DNA from: a virus
Lineage: Duplodnaviria > Caudoviricetes
Direction: 5' to 3' (one strand)
DNA: 31,000 nt
Virus record (IMG/VR): IMGVR_UViG_3300032301_000217
Span: 1 to 31,000 of that record
The position numbers and the translations under genes were made by a program. The stretch's first letter is position 1, and each line of letters begins with the position of its first letter. This document shows, piece by piece, positions 15,592-24,699 of the stretch. Below the pieces are notes generated by a model. That model searched no databases, was not told where the DNA came from, and saw only the letters and a program-made list of their open reading frames with translations.

Positions 15592-16875
15592 ATGGGCAAT
15601 CAAAGGAAACGAAATGGTAGTAACGCTGCGCGGGTTTCAGATCGACCTACCGGACGAGATCGCGCAGGCGCTACTACTGGCGGGCAAGGCAATGCCAGGA
15701 CTAGAGCCGGAATCGTCGTCCACTCAAACGCGCCGTTCGCGAACACCGGCTACGGCGTCCAAGCGGGCGCCTTTGCCAAAGCCTGCAAGGAAGACGGTCG
15801 CTCAATCGTCTTCTCCTGCAACTACGGAATCCAAGGCGGCGTTACCGCTTGGGAAGGTATCGAAGTCCTACCGACCGGATACCACCCTTACTCCTCCGAT
15901 GTCTTAGGCGCTCACACCGAACACGCTCGCCAGACCACCGGACTACCGACCGCGCTCCTGACCCTCTTCGACTGCTGGGTCTACAAAGGCGCCAAGGTTG
16001 ACGACATCCCGCTAATCGCCTCATGGGCGCCTGTGGATCATGTCCCGACACCGCCCGACGTTCTCGACTGGTGCCAGCGCGACAACGTGCTGCCAATTGC
16101 GATGAGCAAGTTCGGCCTCGACCAGCTGACGCGCGCAGGCGTAGACGCTCGCTACGCGCCGCACGGCGTCGATACCGAAACCTTTAGACCTGACGCGACC
16201 GTCGACGGGCGCACAGGTCGCCAACTTCTAGACGTAGCCGAAGACAAGTTCATCGTCGGAATCGTCGCAGCGAATAAGGGCGTCGCCCCATTGCGCAAAG
16301 CATGGGGAGAGAACCTTCTCGCTCTCTCCGAGTTCATGGCTCGCCATGAGAACGTCGTCGCCTACTTCCACACAGAGAAGCGCGGCGCCGGTGGCGGAAT
16401 TGACCTGGCGAAACTCGCCGAATCGGCGGGCATTCCCGCCGACCGGATCGTATGGGTCGACCAATGGGCCTACTACGCCGGACTCGGTCCCGACGTTCTC
16501 GCCACTCTTATGGCGTCTTTCGACGTGAATCTGATCTGCTCGCGTGGCGAGGGTTTCGGCGTTCCCGTAATTGAGGCCGCCGCCTGTGGCGTTCCGTCCA
16601 TCGTTTCAAACTTCACCGCTCAGCCCGAACTCGTCGAGGGTTTCGGCTATCTCGCTTCCGTCCAGCCGTATTGGGACCCTCAGCAATCAGCGTGGTTCTG
16701 TACGCCTCTCGTACATTCCATCGTCGAGCAGCTTGAGGACGCTTACACGAGCGCACAGGACCCACACAGACGAAGCGCCGCACGCGCTCACGCTCTCACC
16801 TACGACCACCGAACAGTATTCGCCGAATACTGGCAACCGATCCTCGCCGAGATCGACCAACGGTTAGCGCCGTGA
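15592..16875 (+). CDS. GT-B (GT4-like) glycosyltransferase
   Basis: HSNAP..NTGYG, PHGVD...F, RK, and SRGEGFGVPVIEAAACGVP (ExxxxxxxE) motifs. Confidence 0.9.
   Translation: MGNQRKRNGSNAARVSDRPTGRDRAGATTGGQGNARTRAGIVVHSNAPFANTGYGVQAGAFAKACKEDGRSIVFSCNYGIQGGVTAWEGIEVLPTGYHPYSSDVLGAHTEHARQTTGLPTALLTLFDCWVYKGAKVDDIPLIASWAPVDHVPTPPDVLDWCQRDNVLPIAMSKFGLDQLTRAGVDARYAPHGVDTETFRPDATVDGRTGRQLLDVAEDKFIVGIVAANKGVAPLRKAWGENLLALSEFMARHENVVAYFHTEKRGAGGGIDLAKLAESAGIPADRIVWVDQWAYYAGLGPDVLATLMASFDVNLICSRGEGFGVPVIEAAACGVPSIVSNFTAQPELVEGFGYLASVQPYWDPQQSAWFCTPLVHSIVEQLEDAYTSAQDPHRRSAARAHALTYDHRTVFAEYWQPILAEIDQRLAP
15614..15907 (+). CDS. Nested small ORF resembling the usual post-capsid head accessory protein
   Basis: AAAGGAA RBS; MVVTLRGFQIDLPDEIAQALLLAGKA followed by a Lys/Pro/Ser-rich tail; lies in the +1 frame inside the glycosyltransferase ORF. 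Confidence 0.5.
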   Translation: MVVTLRGFQIDLPDEIAQALLLAGKAMPGLEPESSSTQTRRSRTPATASKRAPLPKPARKTVAQSSSPATTESKAALPLGKVSKSYRPDTTLTPPMS

Positions 16876-17414
16876 TCCCTTGGGATCGACTCGGCAAGCG
16901 CCACGAAGCGTTCTCGTATCTCTACGCCGAACTCCCTCAGAACTGTTTCATCGTCGAGACCGGCAGTATCCGCACACTCGGCAACTGGGAAGGCGACGGC
17001 CAGTCGACGATCGTCTGGAACGCAATCGCCGAGAACCGTGGCGGCTCAGTTCTCACGATTGACATAGATCAAATAGGCGCCGAACTAGTCGCCGAACTCG
17101 GGCTAAGTCATACGACGGCGATCACCTCGGATTCTCTGCTGATCCTGCCGAACATCATCACCGCCGTGGATTTCCTCTATCTGGATTCTTTCGACGTGGA
17201 CTTCGATCTTCCGCAACCAGCCGCCGATCACCACCTTAGAGAACTGCAGGCCGCTGCCCATTGTCTCAAGCCAGGCGCGATCGTCGCCGTTGACGACAAC
17301 CAAGAAAGCGGCGGGAAGGGGAGCGAGGTCGCTTCCTACTTCGCCGCTCTAAATGTTCCCGAGATTATTTGCGGCTATGTCCGCGCCTGGAGGATTCCGG
17401 ATGGCAATCACTAA
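16872..17414 (+). CDS. Class I SAM-dependent methyltransferase (Methyltransf_24-like)
   Basis: IVETGS, TIDID, SDS, DFLYLDS and LKPGAIVAVDD motifs; GTGA-coupled to the glycosyltransferase. Confidence 0.85.
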   Translation: MIPWDRLGKRHEAFSYLYAELPQNCFIVETGSIRTLGNWEGDGQSTIVWNAIAENRGGSVLTIDIDQIGAELVAELGLSHTTAITSDSLLILPNIITAVDFLYLDSFDVDFDLPQPAADHHLRELQAAAHCLKPGAIVAVDDNQESGGKGSEVASYFAALNVPEIICGYVRAWRIPDGNH

Positions 17415-18000
17415 CGGCTACTGCACACTCGCAGAGCTGAAGGAAGTTCTCCGCATCACAGACAACGTCGACGACGCAATGCTGGAGGCCCGGATATCCG
17501 AAGCCTCGCGCGTCATTGACAACCATTGCGATCGACGTTTCTACGCCGACGCAACCGCTACCGCCCGCATCTTCCAGGCGAACGCCGACAACCTCGTATT
17601 CGTCGACGACATCTCAACGACAACCGGCCTCGTCGTAAAGACAGACACCGCCGGAGACAGCACCTACGCCACCACCCTTACGGCGTCTCAGTTCCAAACC
17701 GAACCGCTCAACGCTGTATCGAAAGGGCTTCCGATTACACGGATCAGTTCCGTGATCGCCGGAACCTTTCCCACGGTCGCCGCTCCGGCAGGTCTGCAAG
17801 TGACCGCTAAATGGGGATGGCCAGCCGTACCGGCTCCGATCCGTTCCGCTGCAATCCTTCTCGCCGGTCGCCTGGTCAAGCGTGGCGATTCACTTCTAGG
17901 CGTCGCCGGATTCGGCGATCTTGGAGCGATCACCGTCCGAGCAATCGACCCCGACGTGGAGCGGATGCTTCGCCCGTATCGGAACGCAGTCGTCGCCTAA
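17401..18000 (+). CDS. Head-to-tail connector (gp6-like)
   Basis: MAITNGYCTLAELK...ASRVIDNHCDRRF...WGWPAVP...LRPYR. Confidence 0.85.
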   Translation: MAITNGYCTLAELKEVLRITDNVDDAMLEARISEASRVIDNHCDRRFYADATATARIFQANADNLVFVDDISTTTGLVVKTDTAGDSTYATTLTASQFQTEPLNAVSKGLPITRISSVIAGTFPTVAAPAGLQVTAKWGWPAVPAPIRSAAILLAGRLVKRGDSLLGVAGFGDLGAITVRAIDPDVERMLRPYRNAVVA

Positions 18001-18407
18001 TGGCTGGCACCGCGTCAGACATACAAGCCGGTTTAGCGATGAGACTCGCGACGATCTCCGGCCTACGCGTCGCCGATCATCTTCCCGAGCAAGTCACGCC
18101 GCCGATGGCGGTCATTCAAGTTCAGTCGGTCACCTTCCATCGCTCAATGGGCGGCGGGCTTTCCGAATGGCAGTTCGTCGTATCTCTGATCTCTGGCCGC
18201 ATGGGCGACCGTGCGGCGCAGAAGACCCTCGACGGATGGATGTCGTACGACGGCGGGCAATCAGCGCGCGCAGCGATCGAAGCCGATCCGACTCTTGGCG
18301 GCGTATGCCAGACGCTGATCGTCGCCGAAATGCTTTCTATCCGTCCGCTTTCCATCGGAGACGCGGCCTATCTGACGTGCGAGTTCAACGTCACCGTCCA
18401 CGCTTAG
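18000..18407 (+). CDS. Tail completion/terminator protein
   Basis: 135 aa with IEADPTLGG; TAATG overlap; position before the tail tube gene. Confidence 0.7.
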   Translation: MAGTASDIQAGLAMRLATISGLRVADHLPEQVTPPMAVIQVQSVTFHRSMGGGLSEWQFVVSLISGRMGDRAAQKTLDGWMSYDGGQSARAAIEADPTLGGVCQTLIVAEMLSIRPLSIGDAAYLTCEFNVTVHA

Positions 18408-18415
18408 GAGCGCAG

Positions 18416-18586
18416 ATGACTACATACAAGATCGTCGGAGGTCACCGAGTGGCCGACCACGAGCCTGGCGACATTCTCACTACTGAGGATCTCGCAGGGC
18501 TGAACGTGGACCACCTCATTGAGGCGGGCCATATCGAAGCAACCACCAAGGCCACCAAGGCCGACGCCACTACACAGGAGGACTAG
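18416..18586 (+). CDS. Small virion-associated hypothetical protein
   Basis: AGGAG RBS; MTTYKIVG...PGD...HLIEAGHIE. Confidence 0.7.
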   Translation: MTTYKIVGGHRVADHEPGDILTTEDLAGLNVDHLIEAGHIEATTKATKADATTQED

Positions 18587-18591
18587 CCACT

Positions 18592-18996
18592 ATGGCTCAG
18601 GTCATCACCAATTCAACAGTCACTATCGGTGGCGTCGACCTCTCGACCCACATCACAAAGGTTACGCTCACGACTTCCGTCGCCGAGCTGGATACCACCG
18701 CTATGGGATCGACCGCCAAGCGGCGCGTCGGCGGCCTCAAGGATTCATCCGTGAGCCTTGACTTCAATCAGGATTTCGCCGCCGCATCCGTTGAAGCAAC
18801 TCTCTACCCGCTTCTCGGTGCAACCGCTACCGTCGTCGTCAAGCCAGCCGGAACCACAGTCGGCACCGCTAACCCTAGCTACACGTTCAGCGTGCTTTGC
18901 ACGGAGTGGATGCCTCTCGACGCTCAGGTCGGCGAACTCACGACAGCGTCAATCACTTGGCCGATTGACGGAACCATCACAAAGGCCGTCGTCTAA
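18592..18996 (+). CDS. Major tail (tube) protein
   Basis: 134-aa beta-rich protein, LDTTAMG...RVGGLKD, NPSY; position. Confidence 0.85.
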   Translation: MAQVITNSTVTIGGVDLSTHITKVTLTTSVAELDTTAMGSTAKRRVGGLKDSSVSLDFNQDFAAASVEATLYPLLGATATVVVKPAGTTVGTANPSYTFSVLCTEWMPLDAQVGELTTASITWPIDGTITKAVV

Positions 18997-19271
18997 TGGC
19001 CGCCCTCATGCGTCTTCGGGTCGTCAGCGAAAGCGGCGAGCCGTATGAGGTCAACATCACGCCAAAGGTCATCGTCTCGGCGGAGCGTCACTTCTCTAAG
19101 CCGATGTCCGAACTGTTCGGCGACAGCGCCTCATTTGAGGCGCTGTGCTGGACGGCGTGGAAAGGTACGCACGCCTCAGGGCGTGTCGTGAAACCTTTCG
19201 ACGAATGGCTGGACGGTATCGAGTCAATCGAAGCTGGCGAAACCGAGTCGCTCCCTTTAGAGATTCGCTGA
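18996..19271 (+). CDS. Tail assembly chaperone (short form)
   Basis: Follows the tail tube gene and ends just after an in-frame slippery heptamer. Confidence 0.8.
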   Translation: MAALMRLRVVSESGEPYEVNITPKVIVSAERHFSKPMSELFGDSASFEALCWTAWKGTHASGRVVKPFDEWLDGIESIEAGETESLPLEIR

Positions 19272-19402
19272 CATTGCTCGTCGCGCAGGTAGCTGTCGCG
19301 ACAAGCATTTCGCCGAATGAACTTCTCGACACACCGCCGGAAGTGTTTTGGGCGATCGTCGCCGTTCTGAAAGAACAGGCACGGCAGAGTCAGCGAGGTT
19401 AG
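19253..19402 (+). CDS. -1 frameshift extension of the tail assembly chaperone (gpGT-like)
   Basis: C CCT TTA (19253-19259) is an in-frame XXXYYYZ heptamer; the -1 frame is open to 19402 (RDSLTLLVAQVAVATSISPNELLD...). Confidence 0.8.
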   Translation, partial: PFRDSLTLLVAQVAVATSISPNELLDTPPEVFWAIVAVLKEQARQSQRG

Positions 19403-19405
19403 GCA

Positions 19406-19993
19406 ATGGCGAAAGTTTCGGCGTCATCTCCCGTATCCGGGAGCATGAACGCGTTCACTCTCAACACCACCGTCTACGGCTACAACGAACTGAAGAAAGA
19501 ACTAAAGGCGTTTGATCCGGCGCTTCGTAAAGCAATGGATAACGAGATTCGCGGAACGATGACAGGCATCGTCGGCAAGGCTCGCAGCATGGTTCCGCAG
19601 CAACCGCTCTCGGGTTGGCGCACGGGCGGAACCGGCGAATGGTCGAACCGTCTCGGCTGGGATCAGTCCGGTATCAAGTCGGGCATTGTGATTCGCCAGG
19701 GCGGCAAGCGTTCGCGCGGTTCGGCCACGTCATCGGCGTGGAGGATTCAGAACGGCGGCGGCAAAAAAACAGCCGCCGGAGCCGTCTACGAACTCGCCGG
19801 AAAGAAATCATCGGGCGACACTCCAGCGGGAAAGAGTTTCATCTCAGCGCTCACCGCTGCGGGCGGTCGCCCGTCGCGTCTTATCTGGCGCGCGTGGGAT
19901 CAAGCGGGCGGCGAGGATCGCATCGCAAAAGAGATCCTCGGGATCGTCAAGGTCTACGAGACGATGCTTGAACAGAACATAAAGAACACCTAA
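19406..19993 (+). CDS. Basic neck/tail protein (HK97 gp10-like)
   Basis: VYGYNELKKELK...YELAG...RLIWRAW pattern; basic composition. Confidence 0.6.
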   Translation: MAKVSASSPVSGSMNAFTLNTTVYGYNELKKELKAFDPALRKAMDNEIRGTMTGIVGKARSMVPQQPLSGWRTGGTGEWSNRLGWDQSGIKSGIVIRQGGKRSRGSATSSAWRIQNGGGKKTAAGAVYELAGKKSSGDTPAGKSFISALTAAGGRPSRLIWRAWDQAGGEDRIAKEILGIVKVYETMLEQNIKNT

Positions 19994-20009
19994 GAAAGCA
20001 GGGAGAACA

Positions 20010-22109
20010 ATGGCCGTCTCTATTAACGTTCTCTCAACCTTCAATGACGCCGGACTGAAGCGCGCGCAGAGCGAGATTGACAAGCTCAGCGCCAACACCA
20101 AGAACACCGCCGGAAAGATTGGCCAACAGGGCGCACTCTTGGGCGCTGGCATCCTCGGCGCCGCTGGCGCCGTCGGCGTCGGTCTGTTCAATATCGGCTC
20201 GTCATTCGACGACGCGTTCGATCAGATCCGAGTCGGCACCGGCGCAACCGGACCAGTCCTAGAAGGACTTCAAAGCGACATGAAGGCCGTCGCCTCGGCG
20301 GTCCCTGCATCGTTCGGCGATGTTGGCTCCGTCATTACGGCGTTTAATCAGAAGCTCGGACTCACCGGCGCACCATTGCAGCTCATGTCCGAGCAAGTCC
20401 TAGAACTCTCTCGCATCACAAAGACGGATCTCGGCGGCAACGTCGAAGCGGTCGCCTCCGTAATGCAGAACTTCGGCGTCGCCACCGGCGACCAGTCCGG
20501 CAAGCTCGATCTCCTCTTCCGCGCCTCTCAGAAGTCCGGCGTCTCTGTCGCCGAGCTGTCCGCTCAGATGGCAGATTCCGGCGTTGTCTTGCGCGATGTC
20601 GGTCTCACCTTTGACCAGTCCGCCGCCTTCCTGGCGACACTTGGCAAGGCCGGAGTCGACGCAGGCGATGTCATGCCAGCGCTTAGTAAGGCGATGGCGG
20701 TCGCCGCCAAGAACGGCAAAGATGCGTCGGTCGTATTTCAAGAGACATTCGACAAGATCAAGAACGCACCGAACGACACCGAGGCGGCAGGCGCCGCCCT
20801 AGACGTGTTCGGAGCGAAGGCCGGTCCGAAGCTCGCAGCGATGATCCGTGAAGGGAAGCTTTCCTTTGAGGAAATGCAGGCGTCACTAGCGAACGGCGAC
20901 TCAATCATTCAAGCGGGCGCCGATACTCAGGACTTCGCCGAGAAACTCACGACCCTGAAGAACAAGGTATTCCTCGCGCTTGAGCCGATCGCTACGAAAG
21001 TCTTTACGAAGATCGGCGAGGTAGTCGAGCAGCTCACCCCGAAGATTGAAGAACTTTCCAAGTTCATGACCGAGAACAAAGAGGCGATGATCATTGCAGC
21101 AGGCGTCATCGGCGGAATCGCCGTAATCGCCGTCACCGCCTACGCCATCTCAATGGCCGCCGCTGCAATCGCCACCATCGCCGCCGCCGCTCCAATTATC
21201 GCCATCGTCGCGCTCATCGCGCTACTTGTCGGCGGAGTGATCTACGCGTACAAGAATTTCGAGACCTTCCGAAACGTCATTCAGAAGGCGTGGGAAATTA
21301 TCCAGCAAGTGATTAAGTTTGCATGGGAGAACGTGATCAAGGTCATATTCGCTGCGATCGTTATCTACATAAAGTTCGCGATTCAGTTCTACACGATGCT
21401 TTGGAAGGCGATCGTCTTCGCCTTTGAAACAATCATGGCGATCGTTCTCTGGGTATGGAACAACGTCATTCTCTTTGTCTTTGACGCGATCATGCTCTAT
21501 ATCAAGATCGTGATCGCCTACTACACGATGCTTTGGGAGGGGATCAAGTTCGCTTTCGGAATCATCTCCTATGTCGTGATGACGGCGTGGGGCGTAATGT
21601 CCGGCGTCTTCGATTCGATCAAGAACGGAATCGCCGGAGTCGCCGATTGGATCGGCGAGAAGGTCGGCGCAATCGTCGAGTTCTTCACCTCAATACCTAG
21701 CAAGATCGGACACGTCGGCGCCATGATCGGCGACGCACTCGGCGACGCTTTTAAAGGCGCTTGGAACTTCCTTTCTGACACCGTGAACCGGATCATTCCC
21801 GATTCAATCGGTATCGGCATCGGTCCGGAACTCGACCTTCCCGACAACCCTCTGCCACGATTCCACGCTGGCGGCGTGGTACCTGGTCTCGCCGGTCAGA
21901 ACGTGCCGACCATGCTTTCAGCGGGCGAGATGGTTCTCACCCGCTCGCAGCAGAGCGCCCTACTCAGCGGCAATACCGGCGGCGGCAATAGCTACACAAT
22001 CAACGTCTCCGTCGCACCAACCGCCGACAAGGCAGGCATCGGGCAGACAATCGTCGAAGCTATCTCCAGCTTTGAGAAGCGATCCGGCGCCAGCTGGCGC
22101 GCAGCATGA
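20010..22109 (+). CDS. Tape measure protein
   Basis: 699 aa, Ala/Gly-rich helical, periodic W/F hydrophobic repeats, FHAGGVV...GEMVL near the C-terminus. Confidence 0.93.
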   Translation: MAVSINVLSTFNDAGLKRAQSEIDKLSANTKNTAGKIGQQGALLGAGILGAAGAVGVGLFNIGSSFDDAFDQIRVGTGATGPVLEGLQSDMKAVASAVPASFGDVGSVITAFNQKLGLTGAPLQLMSEQVLELSRITKTDLGGNVEAVASVMQNFGVATGDQSGKLDLLFRASQKSGVSVAELSAQMADSGVVLRDVGLTFDQSAAFLATLGKAGVDAGDVMPALSKAMAVAAKNGKDASVVFQETFDKIKNAPNDTEAAGAALDVFGAKAGPKLAAMIREGKLSFEEMQASLANGDSIIQAGADTQDFAEKLTTLKNKVFLALEPIATKVFTKIGEVVEQLTPKIEELSKFMTENKEAMIIAAGVIGGIAVIAVTAYAISMAAAAIATIAAAAPIIAIVALIALLVGGVIYAYKNFETFRNVIQKAWEIIQQVIKFAWENVIKVIFAAIVIYIKFAIQFYTMLWKAIVFAFETIMAIVLWVWNNVILFVFDAIMLYIKIVIAYYTMLWEGIKFAFGIISYVVMTAWGVMSGVFDSIKNGIAGVADWIGEKVGAIVEFFTSIPSKIGHVGAMIGDALGDAFKGAWNFLSDTVNRIIPDSIGIGIGPELDLPDNPLPRFHAGGVVPGLAGQNVPTMLSAGEMVLTRSQQSALLSGNTGGGNSYTINVSVAPTADKAGIGQTIVEAISSFEKRSGASWRAA

Positions 22110-24067
22110 CGGCCACAATCGGCGACGGCGTAGTTCTCACAGTCGAGATCGGCTTCGCTACCACCTCCGGCAATGGGCTAGTCCCTCTCGGCGGCAACCT
22201 GACCGACATCGTATGGACGGACGTTTCTACGTCGGTGCGTTCCGTGTCGACGAAGCGCGGCCGATCAAGCGAGCTCGATTCATTCACCGCCGGATCAGCG
22301 AACGTCACCTTTTCCAACGCCGCGCGCACCTTCGATCCCGAATACTCAGCCGGTCCCTACTTCGGAAAGCTCACGCCAGGGCGACCGATCCGGATTTCCG
22401 CTCAGTACGCAGCGGGCGCCACGACTTCTCTGTTCTTCGGATTCGTCGAATCGTGGGATCAGCAATACGCGCCGCCCGCAGACGCAATCTGTGTCGTGAC
22501 CGCATCCGACGCTTTCAAGGTTCTCAATCAGCTCACACTCCCGCACTACTGGGAGCATTACATCGGCACAGAATCGCCGACGGCGTGGTTCCGTTTCGAC
22601 GACGGCGACATTCCCGAGACCGCCCTTGACTCCGTTTCTCAGATCCCGACTGGCGTCTGGTACGAACAGAACGGAACACCGGCAACCGGCGCAGGTGGCG
22701 ACAGCCTCCTAGCTAACGATTCGTCGGTCTGCGCGACCTTTGACGGGACCACCTATCTCGGACTTCCGAGCGAAAGTTTCAAGTACGACGACGACAATTA
22801 CCTGAATCTTTCTCTTGAGTGTTGGATCTCCACCACGACGGAGACTGACGGGAACTACGCGATCTTTCACAAGTACGGATTCGACTCAATCATCGCCATT
22901 GGTATGGTCGTCTCCGGCGGAGTCGGGACCATTCAGGTTCAAGTCGGCTACCTCGGATCGCCAGGCTTGACCATTGTCTACGGGTCGACGAGACGCGTCA
23001 ACGATGGAAACCGGCACCATATTGCGATCTGCTCAGATTGGGATCTGGGTCTAAACGTCTACGTTGACGCATTTTCCGCGACTCTTGACGATTCCTACGG
23101 GATCATTTTCGATACCTACGGTTTCATTCCGGACGCACGCGTTGGATATCCGTTCTCGCCATCGTCGGACTCGACCTTTAACTTTCCGCTACCGTTCGTC
23201 GGCTCGGTCGATGAGCTCATCTATTACTCAAACCAAACGCTATCGGCGAACGACGTTCTCATTCGTCGGAACATTGGCAAGGGAACTTTAGGCGCCGGGG
23301 ATCTCGCATCGGCTAGAGCTACATCCGTTCTAAACATCGCGCAATGGATGACAGACGCCCGAGCAATAACGGCGTCCGGATCAACCGTTCAGGGATACAA
23401 CACACAAGGCAAGACGGTTCTCGCAGCTCTACAGGAGTGCGAAGCGGCAGAACAGGGGCGACTCTTTATCGCCGCCGACGGCGACGTTCGTTTCATCGCC
23501 CGTCAGGAACTCTCTACTTCCAGTTCCTACAACGTGCCGAGCCGCACCTACGGCGACGATTCCGGCGAGCTGCCCTACCTCGACATAGCGTTCGTCTACA
23601 ACGACGATCTCATTCGGAACGTAGTCAGCGTAAGCCGAGCTAACGGAGCGACCGTAACCCTTGAGGACACGACATCTCAGGGGCAGTATTTCGTCCGGTC
23701 CGATTCCCTTTCGGATCTCATCACCAACGACGACACCTTCTCAAGCGACGTAGCGAACGCTCGACTCCAGTTCTACAAACAGCCCTCGTCTCGCGTTGAG
23801 TCTCTGTCCGTAAACCCTCGATCTAATCCCGCCAGTCTTTATCCGGCGGTAATCGGCGACGAGATCGGGACACGGATCACGGTCAAGCGTCGCCCGCAAG
23901 GCGTCGGATCTGCCATATCGAAAGAACTAATGATCGAAGGCATCTCGCACACGATCAGCCCGGATACATGGACGACGACCTACAACTGTTCGCCAGCGCC
24001 GACCGTCTACTTCCTACTGGATAGCGCCTCTTTCGGCGTGCTCAACACAAACCTTCTCGGCTACTAG
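22106..24067 (+). CDS. Tail tip/hub protein with an inserted LamG (ConA-like) domain
   Basis: PTAWFRFDD...SLECWI...VNDGNRHHIA...YVD...GSVDEL LamG signature inside a hub-like scaffold. Confidence 0.75.
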   Translation: MTATIGDGVVLTVEIGFATTSGNGLVPLGGNLTDIVWTDVSTSVRSVSTKRGRSSELDSFTAGSANVTFSNAARTFDPEYSAGPYFGKLTPGRPIRISAQYAAGATTSLFFGFVESWDQQYAPPADAICVVTASDAFKVLNQLTLPHYWEHYIGTESPTAWFRFDDGDIPETALDSVSQIPTGVWYEQNGTPATGAGGDSLLANDSSVCATFDGTTYLGLPSESFKYDDDNYLNLSLECWISTTTETDGNYAIFHKYGFDSIIAIGMVVSGGVGTIQVQVGYLGSPGLTIVYGSTRRVNDGNRHHIAICSDWDLGLNVYVDAFSATLDDSYGIIFDTYGFIPDARVGYPFSPSSDSTFNFPLPFVGSVDELIYYSNQTLSANDVLIRRNIGKGTLGAGDLASARATSVLNIAQWMTDARAITASGSTVQGYNTQGKTVLAALQECEAAEQGRLFIAADGDVRFIARQELSTSSSYNVPSRTYGDDSGELPYLDIAFVYNDDLIRNVVSVSRANGATVTLEDTTSQGQYFVRSDSLSDLITNDDTFSSDVANARLQFYKQPSSRVESLSVNPRSNPASLYPAVIGDEIGTRITVKRRPQGVGSAISKELMIEGISHTISPDTWTTTYNCSPAPTVYFLLDSASFGVLNTNLLGY

Positions 24068-24075
24068 GAGACACT

Positions 24076-24699
24076 ATGGCAGGCGCCGGATACAAGACAT
24101 TCGCAGCGGCAGACGTTCTCACCGCCGCACAGGTCAACACCTACCTAATGCAGCAATCGGTCCCACGCTTCGCGACTACCGCTGCGCGAGATGCGGCGAT
24201 TACCGCGCCGTCGTCGGGACAGCTCGCGTACGTTGACAGCAGCGACAGGTACGAAGGCGTCTACGGGTACAACGGCGTCGAGTGGAACCCTCCGTGGAAT
24301 CTGCCCTGGGGATGGCTGAACGTCTACACACCGGCGGCGTTTAACTTCACGTCGACAATCGCCTACTCCGCCACGTTCTCTCCGCAGCTGGTCGATAACC
24401 GGATCTACAAGTTCACCATCACGGGCCGATTCAATAACAGTTCGGTCGTGACCGGGTTCAATACGGCCTCTCTGTATCTCGACTCGAGCAGCGTCTTGGT
24501 CGGAGAAGTTATGACGGCAAACCCTGCGAGCGCCAGCGGACGCCAAGGCGCTTCGGGCGTTACCTATTACACGGCGACAAGTAGCGGGGCGCTCGCGTTC
24601 AAGATCGGCGCCGTTCATTCAGCATCAGCGACGACTCAGTCTTTCGTCACAAATAGCGTAATCGTCGAAGATATGGGCCCCAACGGCGCACCGGCGTAA
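24076..24699 (+). CDS. Minor tail protein
   Basis: KTFAAADVLTAAQVNTYL...F.T.AARDAAIT.P..G N-terminus; VEDMGP C-terminus. Confidence 0.75.
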   Translation: MAGAGYKTFAAADVLTAAQVNTYLMQQSVPRFATTAARDAAITAPSSGQLAYVDSSDRYEGVYGYNGVEWNPPWNLPWGWLNVYTPAAFNFTSTIAYSATFSPQLVDNRIYKFTITGRFNNSSVVTGFNTASLYLDSSSVLVGEVMTANPASASGRQGASGVTYYTATSSGALAFKIGAVHSASATTQSFVTNSVIVEDMGPNGAPA

